64,000 nucleotides of DNA from Octopus sinensis (Eukaryota): positions 20,459,360 to 20,523,359 of the forward strand of contig NC_043019.1 of assembly GCF_006345805.1 (NCBI RefSeq). Direction: 5' to 3'. Shown one piece after another: positions 25,050-38,208 of this stretch (the stretch's first letter is position 1; each line of letters begins with the position of its first letter). The notes under the pieces were generated by a model. It saw nothing but the letters and a program-made list of their open reading frames with translations. It was not told the origin of the DNA and did no database searches. A program made the position numbers and the translations under genes.

Positions 25050-26225
25050 GAGCTTGATGCCCTTCCTAACACCAACCACTCCGAGAGTGTAGTGGGTGCT
25101 TTTACATGCCACTGGAACGAGGGTCAGTCAGGCGGTACTGGCCACAGCCATGCTCGAAATGGTGTTTTTTACGTGCCACCTACACTGGAATCAGTCCAGC
25201 GGCACTGGCAACGACCTCGCTCGCATGTGTTGTTCATGTGCCACCTGCACAAGTGCCAGCAAGGCGACACTGGTAATGATCACGCTCAAATGGTGCATTT
25301 TACGTGCCACCGGCATGGAAGCCAAACAGCTGCTCTGGCAGTGATCCCACTCAGATGGAGCTGTTAGCGCTCCACTGTCACAGGTGCCAGTCATTGAATT
25401 TGGTTCAATTTCGACTTCACTTGCCCCAACAGGTCTTCGCAAACAGAGTTTAGTGTCCAATGAATTGAGGTTGGCATGGGTGCCAGTCATCGAATTTGGT
25501 TCTACTTCGAATTCATTTTCGATTTCACTTGCCTCAACAGTTCTTTGCAAGCAGAGTTTTGTGTCCAAAGAAGGAAAGGTATGCATAATTGGGCTGGTTA
25601 CATCCCTGGTAAAGGCCACGGGTTGTGGTCTCACTTGTCCTGCCAGGTCTTCTCATGCACAGCCTATTTCCAATGGTCTCAGTCACTAGTCATTGCCTCG
25701 GTGAGGCCTAATGTTCGAAGGTCGTGCTTCACCACCTTGTCCCAGGTTTACCTGGGTCTACCTCTGCCACAGGTTCCCTCAACCGCTAGGGTGTGGCACT
25801 TTTTCACACATCTTCTTCCATTCTCGCCACATGACCATACCAGCACAATCGTTTCTCTTGCACACCACAACTGATGCTTCTTAGGTCCAACTTTTCTCTC
25901 AAGGTACTTACACTCTGTCAAGTATGTACACTGACATCACACATCCATCAGAGCTTACTGGCTTCATTCCTTGTGAGCTAATGCATGTCCTCAGCAGTCA
26001 CAGCCCATGTTTCACTGCCATGTAGCATGGCTGTTCGTACACATGCGTCATACAGTCTGCCTTTTACTCTGAGCGAGAGGCCCTTTGTCACCAGCAGAGG
26101 TAAGAGCTCTCTGAACTTTGCCCAGGCCACTCTTATTCTAGCAGTTACACTTTCAGCACATTTGCCCTCGCTACTGACTTGGTCACCTAGGTAACGGAAG
26201 CTGTCAACTACTTCTAGTTTCTCTC
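25050..26225 (-). mobile_element. RTE LINE of the same family, post-RT region plus 3' UTR
   Basis: [12 protein letters not shown]...ARIRVAWAKFRELLPLL...AMLHGSETWA...WYGHVARM...GRGRP, with internal stops. Confidence 0.92.
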
Positions 26226-26387
26226 CATGGAAGTTATATATAATTTATATATATATACATTATACATATATATCTATATATACATACACATATATGTATT
26301 TTATATATATATATATATGTATGTATATATGTATATATATATATGTGTGTGTGTGTATGTATGTATGTATATATATATATGTGTGTG

Positions 26388-26471
<84 letters not shown>

Positions 26472-26479
26472 ATATATAT

Positions 26480-28325
26480 GTATATGTACTCCACCCATCT
26501 ATCCATTTGCTTGCTTTGGTCCTTGATAAAATCTCCAGTAGTTGATTTCAGAGGGGCTGACTTGGCTGCAGATGGACCGAGGGCCTTCTTCAAACCAGCG
26601 TACATTCCACGGGGGTCACCACTGTCAGCAGCCGACCGGTTACTCTGACATATTTCCTGCCAATACCTATTTGCACTGTGTCTGGCAGTCAGTTGGGTTT
26701 TATTTCTTGCCTTTCTGAGTTCTTCGAGTGACTTTGTAGAAGAATTACTCTTGTATTGCATCAGAGCTGCACGCTTTGCTTCGATAACTGGTTCCAGCAC
26801 TGAGCCAATCTGGGTTTTGCCTCTCACTCATGCCAAAAGTCTCTACTGATGTGGTATACAAAGCTTCCCTGATATAATTCCACCTACTTTCAGCAGGAGA
26901 GGCTGGGCAGCTACTGAGGGCAACCTTGATAGAAACAGCAAAACATTTTCGCAGTGTAGGTTCCGAGGTTCTAGCAGTGTTAATGCGTGGTCGGCTCATT
27001 TTCTTGGAGTGATGGACTTTTTGAGGCAGAATCCTCACCCTGCTTCTTATTGGTGAATGATCTGTGTCACAATCTGCACTGTGGTAACTACGGATCAGTT
27101 GGACAGAATTCAGAAAGGATTTTCATGTAATGATGAGCTCCAACTCATGCCAGTGGTGAGATCCTGTATGTCTCCAAGGTGCCTTGTGGGATGGCTTGTT
27201 GGTAAAGAATGTATTGGTGATGCACAGGTTATGGTATGTGCAAAATTCAAGCAGTCCCTGACCATTGTCATTCATGTTGCCAATACCAAAGTGTCCGACA
27301 CAAATGGGCCACGAGTCATGGTCAGATCCCACGTGAGCGTTAAAATCTAGAAGGTAGATGTTTTCATTTCATTGGTTGGTATGTTTCTAATGACACAGTT
27401 GAGATCTTTGTAGAACTGGTCCTTGGTCTTCTCTGAGCTGTAGAGAGTGGGAGCATAGATGCTCAGTAGATGTACTGAGCCAGAAGAGCTCAAGAAGCGC
27501 AGACAGAAGATATGCTCAGTGCCTCCTGATGGTGGTTGTATTGAGGAGAGTAATGAGTTTCTCGCTGCAAAGCCAACACCATGCTGTCGAGGTTCCTCTG
27601 GATCGCTTCCCTGCCAAAAGAAGGTGAAATCCTCTTCTTTGAGTTTGCTGTTTGAGGGGAGTCTTGTCTCCTGCAGTCCAGCAATGTTGAGCTTCTTTAG
27701 TTCACGATCAGTGATGGCCGTATTTCTTGTGTCTTCAACCCTGAGTAGCTCATCAGATATGCCAGGGTACATGGTCCTGACATTCCAGCTTGCTAATCGC
27801 AGGACTTGTGGTTTCTTAGTGCAGAAGTTGCAGGCCATTTTTCAAGTCAAACTCTCAGCTCCTAGCATCCAATGAAGCAGGCGGCCTGTGGTGGGTCAGC
27901 ACCTTATTAACCGGGGGCTGCCCAACTTGAGGTGGGCAGTAGCTCACCAATGGACTTATTACTCGTGACTGCTACCTCCTGTGTTTTTTCTGTTACTTTT
28001 TACAACAGCACTGAAGTGTCCTCTCCAGTTTTGCGCAGGCCTGGGTTAGATATAAGAAAATCTTAGGTTGCCCAATTGTCAGGATTCCTCTCTCGACTTT
28101 GCTGACCTAGTCCAAAGGAGTGCAGAGCATTACGTTTGGCACCAGCTTGGTTGCAGGAGCTGCTGGAAGAGTGTCGAGTTGAACACTAGACTGCCTTCGG
28201 GGCTCCACTTCAGATTTATTTGAAGGTTATCTCCTTTCCATAACCCTGAATAGGGGCCCATACCGGGTACTGTCAGCCGGAGCCAGCTGAGCCCAGGACT
28301 TGTGTCAGGCAGGGTCGTCACTCCT
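26480..28325 (-). mobile_element. RTE (BovB-like) LINE 5' half: 5' UTR, APE endonuclease, linker
   Basis: LASWNVRTM...LQETRL...FTFFWQG...HGVGFA...SIYAPTL...NGQGLLEFC...NTFF...KQMDRWVEY, frameshifted. Confidence 0.92.
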
Positions 28326-28489
28326 TGAAGTAGTGAAGAAAATCGCTACCCACTACCTAATTTATATATTACGTATATATATATAGATATAGATATATAT
28401 ACACACACACACAATATATATTTATATGTATATTATATATATATATACATTATATATATATATATGGCATGGCATTTTGAAATGCTGTC

Positions 28490-28943
28490 TCTGAGTAACT
28501 GCAACTGCAAAGATAAGACTTGGTGTCTGTTGGAAGGTAAATGTTTTGGAAAAAGAATTGTTTAAAGAGATAAAGTGCAAGTAGATGGCTCACAAGAATA
28601 TAAAACATACACAGGGGCTTTGGAAAATTCATTCAAGACTTGATTCTATTTCCATTGACATTCTTTCTGATACCCTGAGAATACGACAGCAACTAGTCTT
28701 GCAAAGCATGTCTGGGAATTGAAAGAGAATGACACCCGTCCTTTCAATGTAACCTGGGAAATTTTAGAAAAAGCATCATCATACAGACATGGAGCTTATA
28801 AAAGACTGATGAAATGTAATCTTTGCCTCTCAGAAAAGCTCTTCATCTTGTTCCAGGATAAACATGCTTTGAACCAGAGACACGAGCTCTTAAGTTTCTG
28901 CAGGCACACCGCAAGGTTTAAAATGTCAGACTGTCATATTTGA
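28490..28943 (+). mobile_element. Penelope-like GIY-YIG C-terminal remnant
   Basis: CNCKDKTWCLLEGKC...YTGALENSFK...ATSLAKHVWELKE...CNLCLSEKLFI...LNQRHELLSFCRH. Confidence 0.88.
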
Positions 28944-29257
28944 ATTTGGCTTTACACCTAATAGTTATTTTGTATTACAATATTTCGACTTCAGTTTTAA
29001 GAAAACCTTTGACTGTTTTACAAATTTAGGCTTAAGCTTTGCTGATGTCTATTTTTACTCTTTACTCACACATTTAATTATGTAGTATCAGTTTATTGTG
29101 CAATTTCCTTATTTTAACATTTTAATATTATATATACCAGACAGTTTTTTTTAATTGTTTGTGTATATACATTATGATATATATATATTTATCTTGAAGT
29201 GAAGATATGTTTCTATATTTTCATGTATATGTATGTATTGTAGGTATGTGTATGTAT

Positions 29258-29300
<43 letters not shown>

Positions 29301-29325
29301 CAGACATATATGTGTGAGACATATA

Positions 29326-29686
29326 GGCGCAGGAGTGGCTGTGTGGTAAGTAGCTTGCTAACCAACCACATGGTTCCGGGTTCAGTCCCACTGCATGGCA
29401 TCTTGGGCAAGTGTCTTCTGCTATAGCTCCGGGCCGACCAATGCCTTGTGAGTGGATTTGGTAGATGGAAACTGAAAGAAGCCCGTCGTATATATGTATA
29501 TATATATGTGTGTGTTTGTGTTTGTCCCCCTAACATTGCTTGACAACCAATGCTGGTGTGTTTACGTCCCCGTTACTTAGCAGTTCGGCAAAAGAGTCCG
29601 ATAGAATAAGTCCAGGGGTCGAGTTGCTCGATTTAAGGCGGTGCTCCAGCATGGCCGCAGTCAAATGACTGAAACAAGTAAAAGAG

Positions 29687-29688
<2 letters not shown>
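29326..29688 (+). mobile_element. SINE family B, full length, inside (TA)n
   Basis: GGCGCAGGAGTGGCTGTGTGGTAAG...GAAACAAGTAAAAGAGTA. Confidence 0.88.
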
Positions 29689-29756
<68 letters not shown>

Positions 29757-30390
29757 CAGACATATATATATATATATATACACACACATATATATATATA
29801 TACATACATGTGTGTGTATTTGTACGTATGTTTGTATTTATGTAGATATGCTTGTAATTTTATGCATACATTTTTGTATGTGTACATTTTGCAAGCTGAA
29901 TGAAGTATCTAACCTTCGTTAGATACTTTCCGAATACCATCATTTCACTCCCTCTACCTCTATCTATTTTCCCCCTTTCTCTAATTTTCTGTTTCTCTAT
30001 TATTTCTTTTTCTTCTTTTCCCCTTGTTTCTTTCACCTGCAACAATCAACTTTTATAAACATGCACCAGGAAATTTTGTGTGCATGCATACATATATATG
30101 CATTTGTATATATTTATGTCTTTCCTATATATGTCTATATGTATGTAGCCATGTACCTGAGTCTGTATGTTTAGTGTATATATGAATATTATAGATGACC
30201 AAATGTATATACAATCTAGCGTGAAACTTTTTTGGACGGATATATCTTTTTGTTTTTACAGCTAATAATTTACCCTGATTATTCAGGCCTTATTCTTCTT
30301 TATAAGCTGCTTTTGAGTAAGCTACTTACCACACAGCCACTTCTGCACCTTATATATATATATATATATATATACATACATACATGTATA

Positions 30391-30770
30391 GGTGCAGGAG
30401 TGGCTGTGTGGTAAGCAGCTTGCTTACCAACCACATGGTTCCGGGTTCAGTTCCACTGCGTGGCATCTTGAGCAAGTGTCTTCTGCTATAGCCCCGGGCC
30501 GACCAGTGCATTGTGAGTGGATTTGGTAGACGGAAACTGAAAGAAGCCTGTCGTATATATGTATTTGTGTGTCTGTGTTTGTCCCCCTAGCATTGCTTAA
30601 CAACCGATGCTGGTGTGTTTACGTCCCCGTCACTTGGCGGTTCGGCAAAAGAGACCGATAGAATAAGTACTGGACTTACAGAGAATAAGTCCCGGGGTCG
30701 ATTTGCTCGACTAAAGGCGGTGCTCCAGCATGGCCGCAGTCAAATGACTGAAACAAGTAAAAGAGTAAAA
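30391..30770 (+). mobile_element. SINE family B, full length
   Basis: Same head and tail as 29326-29688. Confidence 0.88.
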
Positions 30771-31799
30771 TAGTATATAAATTAAGAAATGAGGTTTAAA
30801 GAACATGTTTAGCGTTGTAAACATTGGCAAAAACATACCTTTAGTTCCTATAAATAATTTCTCCAAATCTATAAAATTTGACCGTTAACTGTATTCTTAC
30901 ATTCCATTCCCACTACATATAACTGTTTCCACACTTTTAAGCTTTATTCTCATTCGTCTATCACACTATATTTCTTCACTCTTAATTTTCTGTTAATTTC
31001 TTTCTTTCTCCTTCTTCTCTAAATTACCTTTGACATTAAATCTGTTGACAGTTTTTTAAAAAAATAACTTGCCAGTGTTCCCCTTCATCATATATACTGT
31101 AATCACATTCAGTTAAAATGGCTTATCGATGTGTTTTGTTCCTCTTTTTTTCCCTGACGAGATGATTGCATTGTTTTACATCATTTTTATTCCCTCTGCA
31201 ATAATATCTATGCTTTCTTCAAAACATATGTTGGAAGTATAAAGATTTGAATAACACATGCGTTTGACTCCATTCCTTAATTTATCTATGTTATACAAAA
31301 ACATTTCACTTAACCCTGGAATTTCTACTTTTATAAGTAGGCTGCAATATTCTTGGCACTTATGTGAATTTTTGCTACCCTGGTAACTATTTATATATTT
31401 TTTCTATGTTATTTGTACACATTGAAAAAATACACATACATTTATATACACTTCTTCAACCAGGTTTCCATATAACCTGCAAATAAAATAGTTAGTTACC
31501 ACATATGGAGTTATTTGATATAAACACATCGCTTGAAGATATACCCATTCCCCCAAGAAAGGTTTTCCTTAAACAACGCATTGGCGTTAGGAAGGGCATC
31601 CAGCCGTAGAAACACTGCCAAATCTGACTGGGCCTGATGAAGCCTTCCGGCTTCACAGACCCCAGTTAAACCGTCCAACCCATGCTAGCATGGAAAACGG
31701 ACGCTAAATGATGATGATGATGATAAACTCATTAGTAAGACAAACTTCTTTATTATCCGTATTAGGTGGCTTGCTTTCTTCTTTGACAATAAAGACATT

Positions 31800-32172
31800 A
31801 AATGACCTTCTAATCATCTAACTTCTGGATTCAGCAAATTCTTTAAATCTAAAACAATCCTCCACCTAACCTAAGACTGAAACAGTTTGAAGACGATCTA
31901 TGCTCTAGCGCGAGGAATGTGAAATTCCATCAGTCACCCTTAAGGAATAAACATCTGATGTATCTTCACAATATCACCAAAGAAATTCACAACATTAATG
32001 GGATACCGGTTCAATCTGATAAAACAAGAAACATATACAGACTTACCGAGGATTATTACCTAGAATTATTTATGAATGAAATACAAAAGAATTATAGGAT
32101 TACTGGTAAAAGTGCTTTCAGGAAAGCTAACCTTGACGCTAAGAAAATTATGGAGAAATATGTTTTACAGAT
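31800..32172 (+). mobile_element. Penelope-like N-terminal (pre-RT) remnant
   Basis: FKSK..PPP.L.QFEDDL...NVKFH...VQSDKTRNIYRL..DYYLEL..NEIQKNY resembles the PLE xADKTxNxY motif. Confidence 0.7.
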
Positions 32173-32184
32173 GAAGACTGAACC

Positions 32185-32578
32185 TCATCATCATCATCAT
32201 TTAGTGTCCGCTTTCCATGCTAGCATGGGTTGGACGGTTCAACTGGGGTCTGTGAAGCCAGAAGGCTGCATCAGGCCCAGTCTGATCTGGCAGTGTTTCT
32301 ACGGCTGGATGCCCTTCCTAACGCCAACCACTCCGTGAGTGTAGTGGGTGCTTTTTACGTGCCACCGGCACGGAGGCCTGGCAAGGCTGGCAACGGCCAT
32401 TATATATCATCATCATCATCATCATTTAGCGTCCGCTTTCCATGCTAGCATGGGTTGGACGGTTCAACTGGGGTCTGTGAAGCCAGAAGGCTGCATCAGG
32501 CCCAGTCTGATCTGGCAGTGTTACTACGGCTGGATGCCCTTCCTAACGCCAACCACTCCGTGAGTGTAGTGGGTGCTT
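32185..32578 (-). mobile_element. Two tandem RTE 3' fragments
   Basis: Near-identical units, each with its own (CAT)n tail. Confidence 0.85.
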
Positions 32579-32799
32579 TAGACAAAATTTTTTTAATAAC
32601 CCAATCTTATGACTTATTTGTTCTTCTAGCTCTGATATCGGTGTACTTAGCATAAATATTCCCGATAAATATATTCTTTCTTTAGTTAAAAAATTAAAAC
32701 TAAATTTATGGTCTAATTCGTTCCAAGTGGTCAACTGGTTTAAGAAATGCACTAAGTTTAGAACAGATCTCAGAAAAAGACTACATACAAGTTCATTCT

Positions 32800-33250
32800 T
32801 CACAACTCCTGGAGCTGCTTTCAGATATGATCCATCCCATTCTTATAAAAATGATAATTTTGTCCAAATTTGTGTGCTAAATTCAAATTGTCATTTCTGC
32901 AAAGCTTTAGAATTTCCAAATGAAACGAATGGTATGTGCTATTCAGGCAGTAAGGTAAGATTGACAGAACTACCAGCTCCTCCTCAACCTTTTATGAATC
33001 TTCTGAAAGGCACTGCCATCCAGTCAAAGGATTTTCTGAACAATATCAGACAATATAACTCTGCATTTCAAGTGACATCATTTGGTGCATCGAAGGAGAT
33101 AGTTGAACATGGATTTACACCGAGGTTCAAAGTTCAAGGGCAAGTCTATCACCTCTATTGCTTCCCTGTTTCCCACAAATGAACAACCACAGTTCCTCTA
33201 AATTTACTTTATGAGTGATGTAGGACAACAAACCCAAAGGAAGTGTCAAA
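32800..33250 (+). mobile_element. Helitron Rep/helicase N-terminal remnant
   Basis: CHFCKALEFPNETNGMC...KVRL...FLNNIRQYNSAFQVTSFGA...FKVQGQVYH. Confidence 0.85.
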
Positions 33251-33500
33251 ACTTCAGATGATGGGTCGTGTTAGACGCAGTGCTGACCGCCACAAAGTAG
33301 AGTTTATCCACTGACAGCTTGTCAGTGCATTAAAAAATCACATAGCCCTCCACTCTCAATTTTCCAGGACAGGTTAGGGCCTGGAACACTACAAATGGAG
33401 GCATGAAATGTCGCTTAGTGGAATTAGCACATCATTTACTCCAGAAATGTTTTGTCATCAGTACTGCACTTTCCCATATCGCCTGTTTCTACATAACTAA

Positions 33501-33890
33501 TCTCTATATATATAAAGCTGAAGTTGTCTGTGTATGGCAGGTTTGGTAGCCTTCAACTAACACTATCTCCTCTGAGACCCTGCGGTGCAAGTTGACCAAA
33601 ATTGAGAGTATGATAGAAGGCTTGCTCTTCATTCCATAGAAGATAAAATTCAAATCGGACCATGTTAACACCAAAAATTATTTACATTAAAAAAGTGCTT
33701 TTTTTCTATGAAAATCCCTATTTTTTACAATTTTTTTACTGCTGTGTCGCCATTTTTCGGTGTATTTCAACCAGAAAAAATGTTCACTTAAAGGGAATAA
33801 CAAGCTACATAATGCAAAATTTTTACTTTTCAAAAATTCCAATTCTAAAGGGTCGAAACAAACCCGAGCAATGCCGGGCGATACTGCTAG
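33501..33890 (+). mobile_element. Complete non-autonomous Helitron, 390 bp
   Basis: A|TC start, subterminal hairpin CCCG..CGGG, CTAG|T end. A second hairpin+CTAG ends at 33945. Confidence 0.9.
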
Positions 33891-34629
33891 TATATATACA
33901 AACTATATCATTTTAATCCCAAGCAACGCTGGGTATCTCTGCTAGTCTTAAAATATTTCTGCTTGTCATTGCGTTACTTAGCCCATTGGTAACACTTTCA
34001 CATGATTTGAGAAAAAGGGAGAGAAAGAGAAGTGTCTATGACGTAAGGTGGAGGGAATGTAATTGTAACTCTTTCACATGATTAGTTAAAGGGAAAGCGA
34101 GCAGAAGGTAAAGGAAAGAGAAAAGAGAGAGAGAGTAGTAAAGATGGAGAGAGAGAATTGTCTTTGATGTGAGGTATGGGGAATATAATAATTTTAGCAG
34201 AGGTGTGATGTTCTGATGGTGAGGTTAAAGAAAGGCACAGAGAGAGAGATGATGGTGGTGGTGATTGGATAGTGAAAAGTATGTTTTTTTTTAATTGAAC
34301 TAAGTATTTTATATCACCTATTACTTAATGCATGCGCATAATTCACGCCCATTTATGTGGCAGTTATATACAACTTAACTAAAAGGTTGCATCATGTACA
34401 TGAAATTTTTTTGTGTTATGGGGAAAATGGAAATATAAGAGTGAATATTTATTTTATGAGTGCTGTGTAATTAAGTCTATAAAATTGGGCATAAAGTATA
34501 TAAAGTGTATATATAAAGTGCATTAAGTAATCATCATATTCCAACTTCCTTCACTTTTCAGTGATTAGCAGATAAGCGACTAACTTTTGATACAGACACA
34601 ACACTGTGATAATACAAAAAATAAATATA

Positions 34630-35250
34630 ATAATAGACTAAAAGATAAGTATAAATCTAATTTGTTTAATGATAATAATAAATAAAAATAATGTTAATAA
34701 TAAGAACAAAATTTGGTTAATTATTCCTTATGGGGCTCAAGTTAAAACAAACATTATTAAAGAGATATTAAAACTAATTGAAGTATTCATTATAGATAAT
34801 AAAAAATATAACATTTTTTCTAGTAATAATTTTGGAGTTGGTTATTCTACTACTAATAATGTTGGTAACGTTATTTCTTCTTTTAATAGATTTAAGCTTA
34901 GTAAGTTTTACAGTAACAAATTAAATAATTATTCCAATGATAATAAAGACCAGAATATTAATTAATTGTACATGTAGAGATAAGACAAAATGTAAACTTT
35001 AAAATAAATGTAATTTGGATGATGTAGTATATAAATGTGTAGTGACTTTAATTGATAATATTAATACGAATAGTTATAGTTTAAATGCGATTTACGTGGG
35101 GTCGACTTCTAATAAAATTAAGGGTGGCTCAACACATGCATTCATTTAAGAATAAAACATTGATTAAGTCTACTGGCCTTAGCAAATATATATGGGAATT
35201 GAGTATAAATATAAATTGGGAGATAGTTTGTAAAGCTAAATAACGCTATG
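34630..35250 (+). mobile_element. Penelope-like linker plus GIY-YIG remnant, very AT-rich
   Basis: IWLIIPYG...GVGYSTTNNV...CTCRDKTKC...VVYKC...IYVGST...STGLSKYIWEL. Confidence 0.8.
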
Positions 35251-36192
35251 TTATAAGTTTTGTCTTCTTTGTACATTATGGCGTGCAAGAATATAAAAAT
35301 AAAGCCCCTAAATTAATGGGGATTGGATTGGAAGAAGGAAAATAGCTGAAGATTGTTAATTCTCTTTTCTCTTCCAACTCATCTTGCACTTGGCATTGTC
35401 CCTTATTTCTGTCTCTTGTAGGGCCTCCTCCCCCTGCCACTTTCTCATCCGATGAGCTACTAACTCATCCTTCTACATACTCTTCCATTTTTCTAACAAC
35501 CACCAAACCCACACCCTACACATGCACGCACGCACACGTACACACACACACATACAAATACCCAATCAACCTGTTCTCCCTATTCCTTGTAGTTTAGTTC
35601 AGTCCCCTTTTTATCCTAATACAGTTCCCTATTTCCTATCCTCAGTATAGAATCGCCAGCCAGCTCTGCTCTCCTTCTCCTCCTCCCAACACCGCCACTT
35701 CTATCTCTCACTACAGCTGATTAACTGGAGAGGCAGTGTTATGCATACACTAATAACAGTTGACTGATGTCTGTGTGGTGGAGGTGGTGGTGGGTACTGC
35801 CCCCCCCATCCTTTTTTTTCCCTATGCAAACCAAAAATTAAAAAAACAACAGAACTCTCTCCAATTGTGTGGCTTATCTGTATATACACCTTCTCTGTTG
35901 TCATACACCTATGTGATCAAAGATGTTCCGGCCATGAGCTCTTGGAGTATTTTTTTCTTCTCAAGCATAATTTTGATCTTGGTCTCTGTTACCAGCACAA
36001 AGCAAAAAATAAAAATAAAAACAAGAAAATGGTGAGGGTGATTTGGGTACTACTTTTAAGAGATCCAGTGACCATGAGAGGCTCCATCATTGACTTAAGT
36101 GCTGTGGATGTTTGATTTTGTAGTGTACATGGCTTTGTTTCAGGTAATATCTTATCAGTATTAGCATGTATGTATGTAATTATGTGTGTGTG

Positions 36193-36222
<30 letters not shown>

Positions 36223-36223
<1 letters not shown>

Positions 36224-36353
36224 AGGGTGTCCTAAAAAAATGTATACACATAGTGATTCGGCAAAAGAGAATGATAGAATAAGTACTAGGCTTACAAAGA
36301 ATAACAAATTTACAATTATTTAAGGTGTGTATACATTTTTTGGGGACACCCTG
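36223..36353. mobile_element. Tc1/mariner MITE, 131 bp, TA TSD
   Basis: TIRs CAGGGTGTCC.AAAAAAATGTATACAC / GTGTATACATTTTTTGGGGACACCCTG. Confidence 0.85.
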
Positions 36354-36449
36354 TATGTATACACACAAAGTATGGGGGTTAAGTTCACATGATCTAAATG
36401 AGTTGGTACACCAGGTAAGTGCTGTAACTGATTACTAGGTTATTACGAG

Positions 36450-37652
36450 GTTATAGCTGAGATGGTAGTTATGGAGCCATTGCAGATTTCCGATGTAGCG
36501 TATATATAATTGTTAAACAGGACAGCAAGCATTAAGATAAGGCAAACATCTCAAGTCATATACAATATTATTATAGGAAGGAATTCAGAGTGTATGGGTG
36601 TCAATCTGAGGACAATGCAGAGGATTCGGAAAGAGTTTGATGCATCTAATGATGATTACAAAGGTACGGCGGCTTGGAAAATTCACCCTGATTGTTCTGA
36701 TGAGAAAAGAACTCCTGAATTTGTTGATCAGATCCAGGCCATGATTGACAATGCTCCATCCAAGTCAATCAGGTCCATTGCCAGGGATATGGGAGTGTCT
36801 GAGTTTCTTATCAGGCAAGTAGTACATGAAGACATTTGGTATTCCTCATACAAAATGAGGAAGGGCCAATTTTTATCCCAAGCCATCAAGAACAAGAGGA
36901 AAGACCGTGCTATGAAGCTTTTGAACAAACTTAAGCTTCCACTCCAACCAAACACGCTTTGGTTTTTCTCAGATGAGAAAAATTTCAGCCAGGATCAGAT
37001 GGTGAACACAAAGAACATCTGTTGGCTTGCCATGTCCTTAAAATGTACTGAAAGTGATAAAAATCAAACATCATGGTGTTTGGAGTGATCACTAGAGATG
37101 GCAACGTTATGCTTCCATTCATCTTCCCAATGACCTCAGATTCCACACAGAGGCCTACACTAAGTGCCTGGAGGAGGTAGTATTGCCTTGGATCAAGAGG
37201 GTGGCTGTTGTAAGACCCTATGTCTGACAACAGGTCTCTGCACCATGCCACACAAGCAGGAGAACCTAGTCATGGCTGTCAGACAATTTCTGCGACCACA
37301 CTACCCCTAACATCTGGCAACCTAACTCGCCAGACTGCAACTCCCTTGATTATTATGTGTGGGGTGCAGTTGAATGAGAGACTAACAAAACTCCTTGTAA
37401 CACCAAAGATGAACTGAAGGCAAGGATTATGGCAGCATTCACCAACTTAAACAAGGAGACTGTCAAGAAGAATTGCAGGAGATTCCAAAGTCGTCTGGAG
37501 GCTGTCGTTGAAACCAATGGCAATTTTATTGAATAAATTTACTCTTTAGTATTTCAAGATATTTTTATGTAATTTTGGTAAATATATCTTAAAATGAGAT
37601 GTTAGTGTTATTTTCATTTTTACATAATTTAGACAACAATTTATTCACCCTG
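36450..37652 (+). mobile_element. maT-type (DD37D) transposon, decayed, 3' TIR present
   Basis: WFFSDEK...QQVSAPCH (D to V)...NSPDCNSLDY with 37-residue spacing. Ends ...TTATTCACCCTG|TA. Confidence 0.85.
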
Positions 37653-37796
37653 TATATATATATATAAATCAAATTATACCCTATTATATAGATCTGAGTA
37701 CTTTGATGAATTTCATCCCCTCTCCTAACAAATACAAGTACATTTTTTTTTTCTCATTTGTGGATTTTTAGATGACCTATGTACACACACACACAA

Positions 37797-38208
37797 GGCA
37801 GCGAGCTGGCAGAAATGTTAGCGCACCGGACGAAATGCTTAGCTGTATTTCGTCTGTCGTTACGTTCTGAGTTCAAATTCCTCCGAGGTCGACTTTGCCT
37901 TTCATCCTCTCGGGGTCGATAAATAAAGTACCAGTTTTGCACTGGGTCGATGTAATCGACTCAATCCCTTTGTCTGTCCTTGTTTGTCCCCTCTATGTTT
38001 AGCCCCTTGTAGGTAATAAAGAAATAGATATTTCGTCTGTCGTTACGTTCTGAGTTCAAATTCCTCCGAGGTTGACTTTGCCTTTCATCCTCTCGGGGTC
38101 GATAAATAAAGTACCAGTTTTGCACTGGAGTCGATGTAATCGACTTAATCCCTTTGTCTGTCCTTGTTTGTCCCCTCTATGTTTAGCCCCTTGTGGGTAG
38201 TAAAGAAA
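37797..38208 (+). mobile_element. Meta-type SINE with body duplicated (dimer)
   Basis: The second unit restarts at GATATTTCGTC directly after the AAAGAAATA tail. Confidence 0.88.

Noticed and set aside
25050-28325. One RTE element with an internal deletion
   Set aside because: The APE half is BovB-like, whereas the C-terminal half is the family A type. They are probably two families, though this was not alignment-tested.
27850-28350. HDV-like ribozyme in the RTE 5' UTR
   Set aside because: Expected from some RTEs, but I could not assign P1/P3/L3 by eye. An RNArobo or Infernal search would be needed.
31634-31654. CTGATGA followed by a hairpin
   Set aside because: No GAAA or UH; a point variant of the RTE tail consensus.
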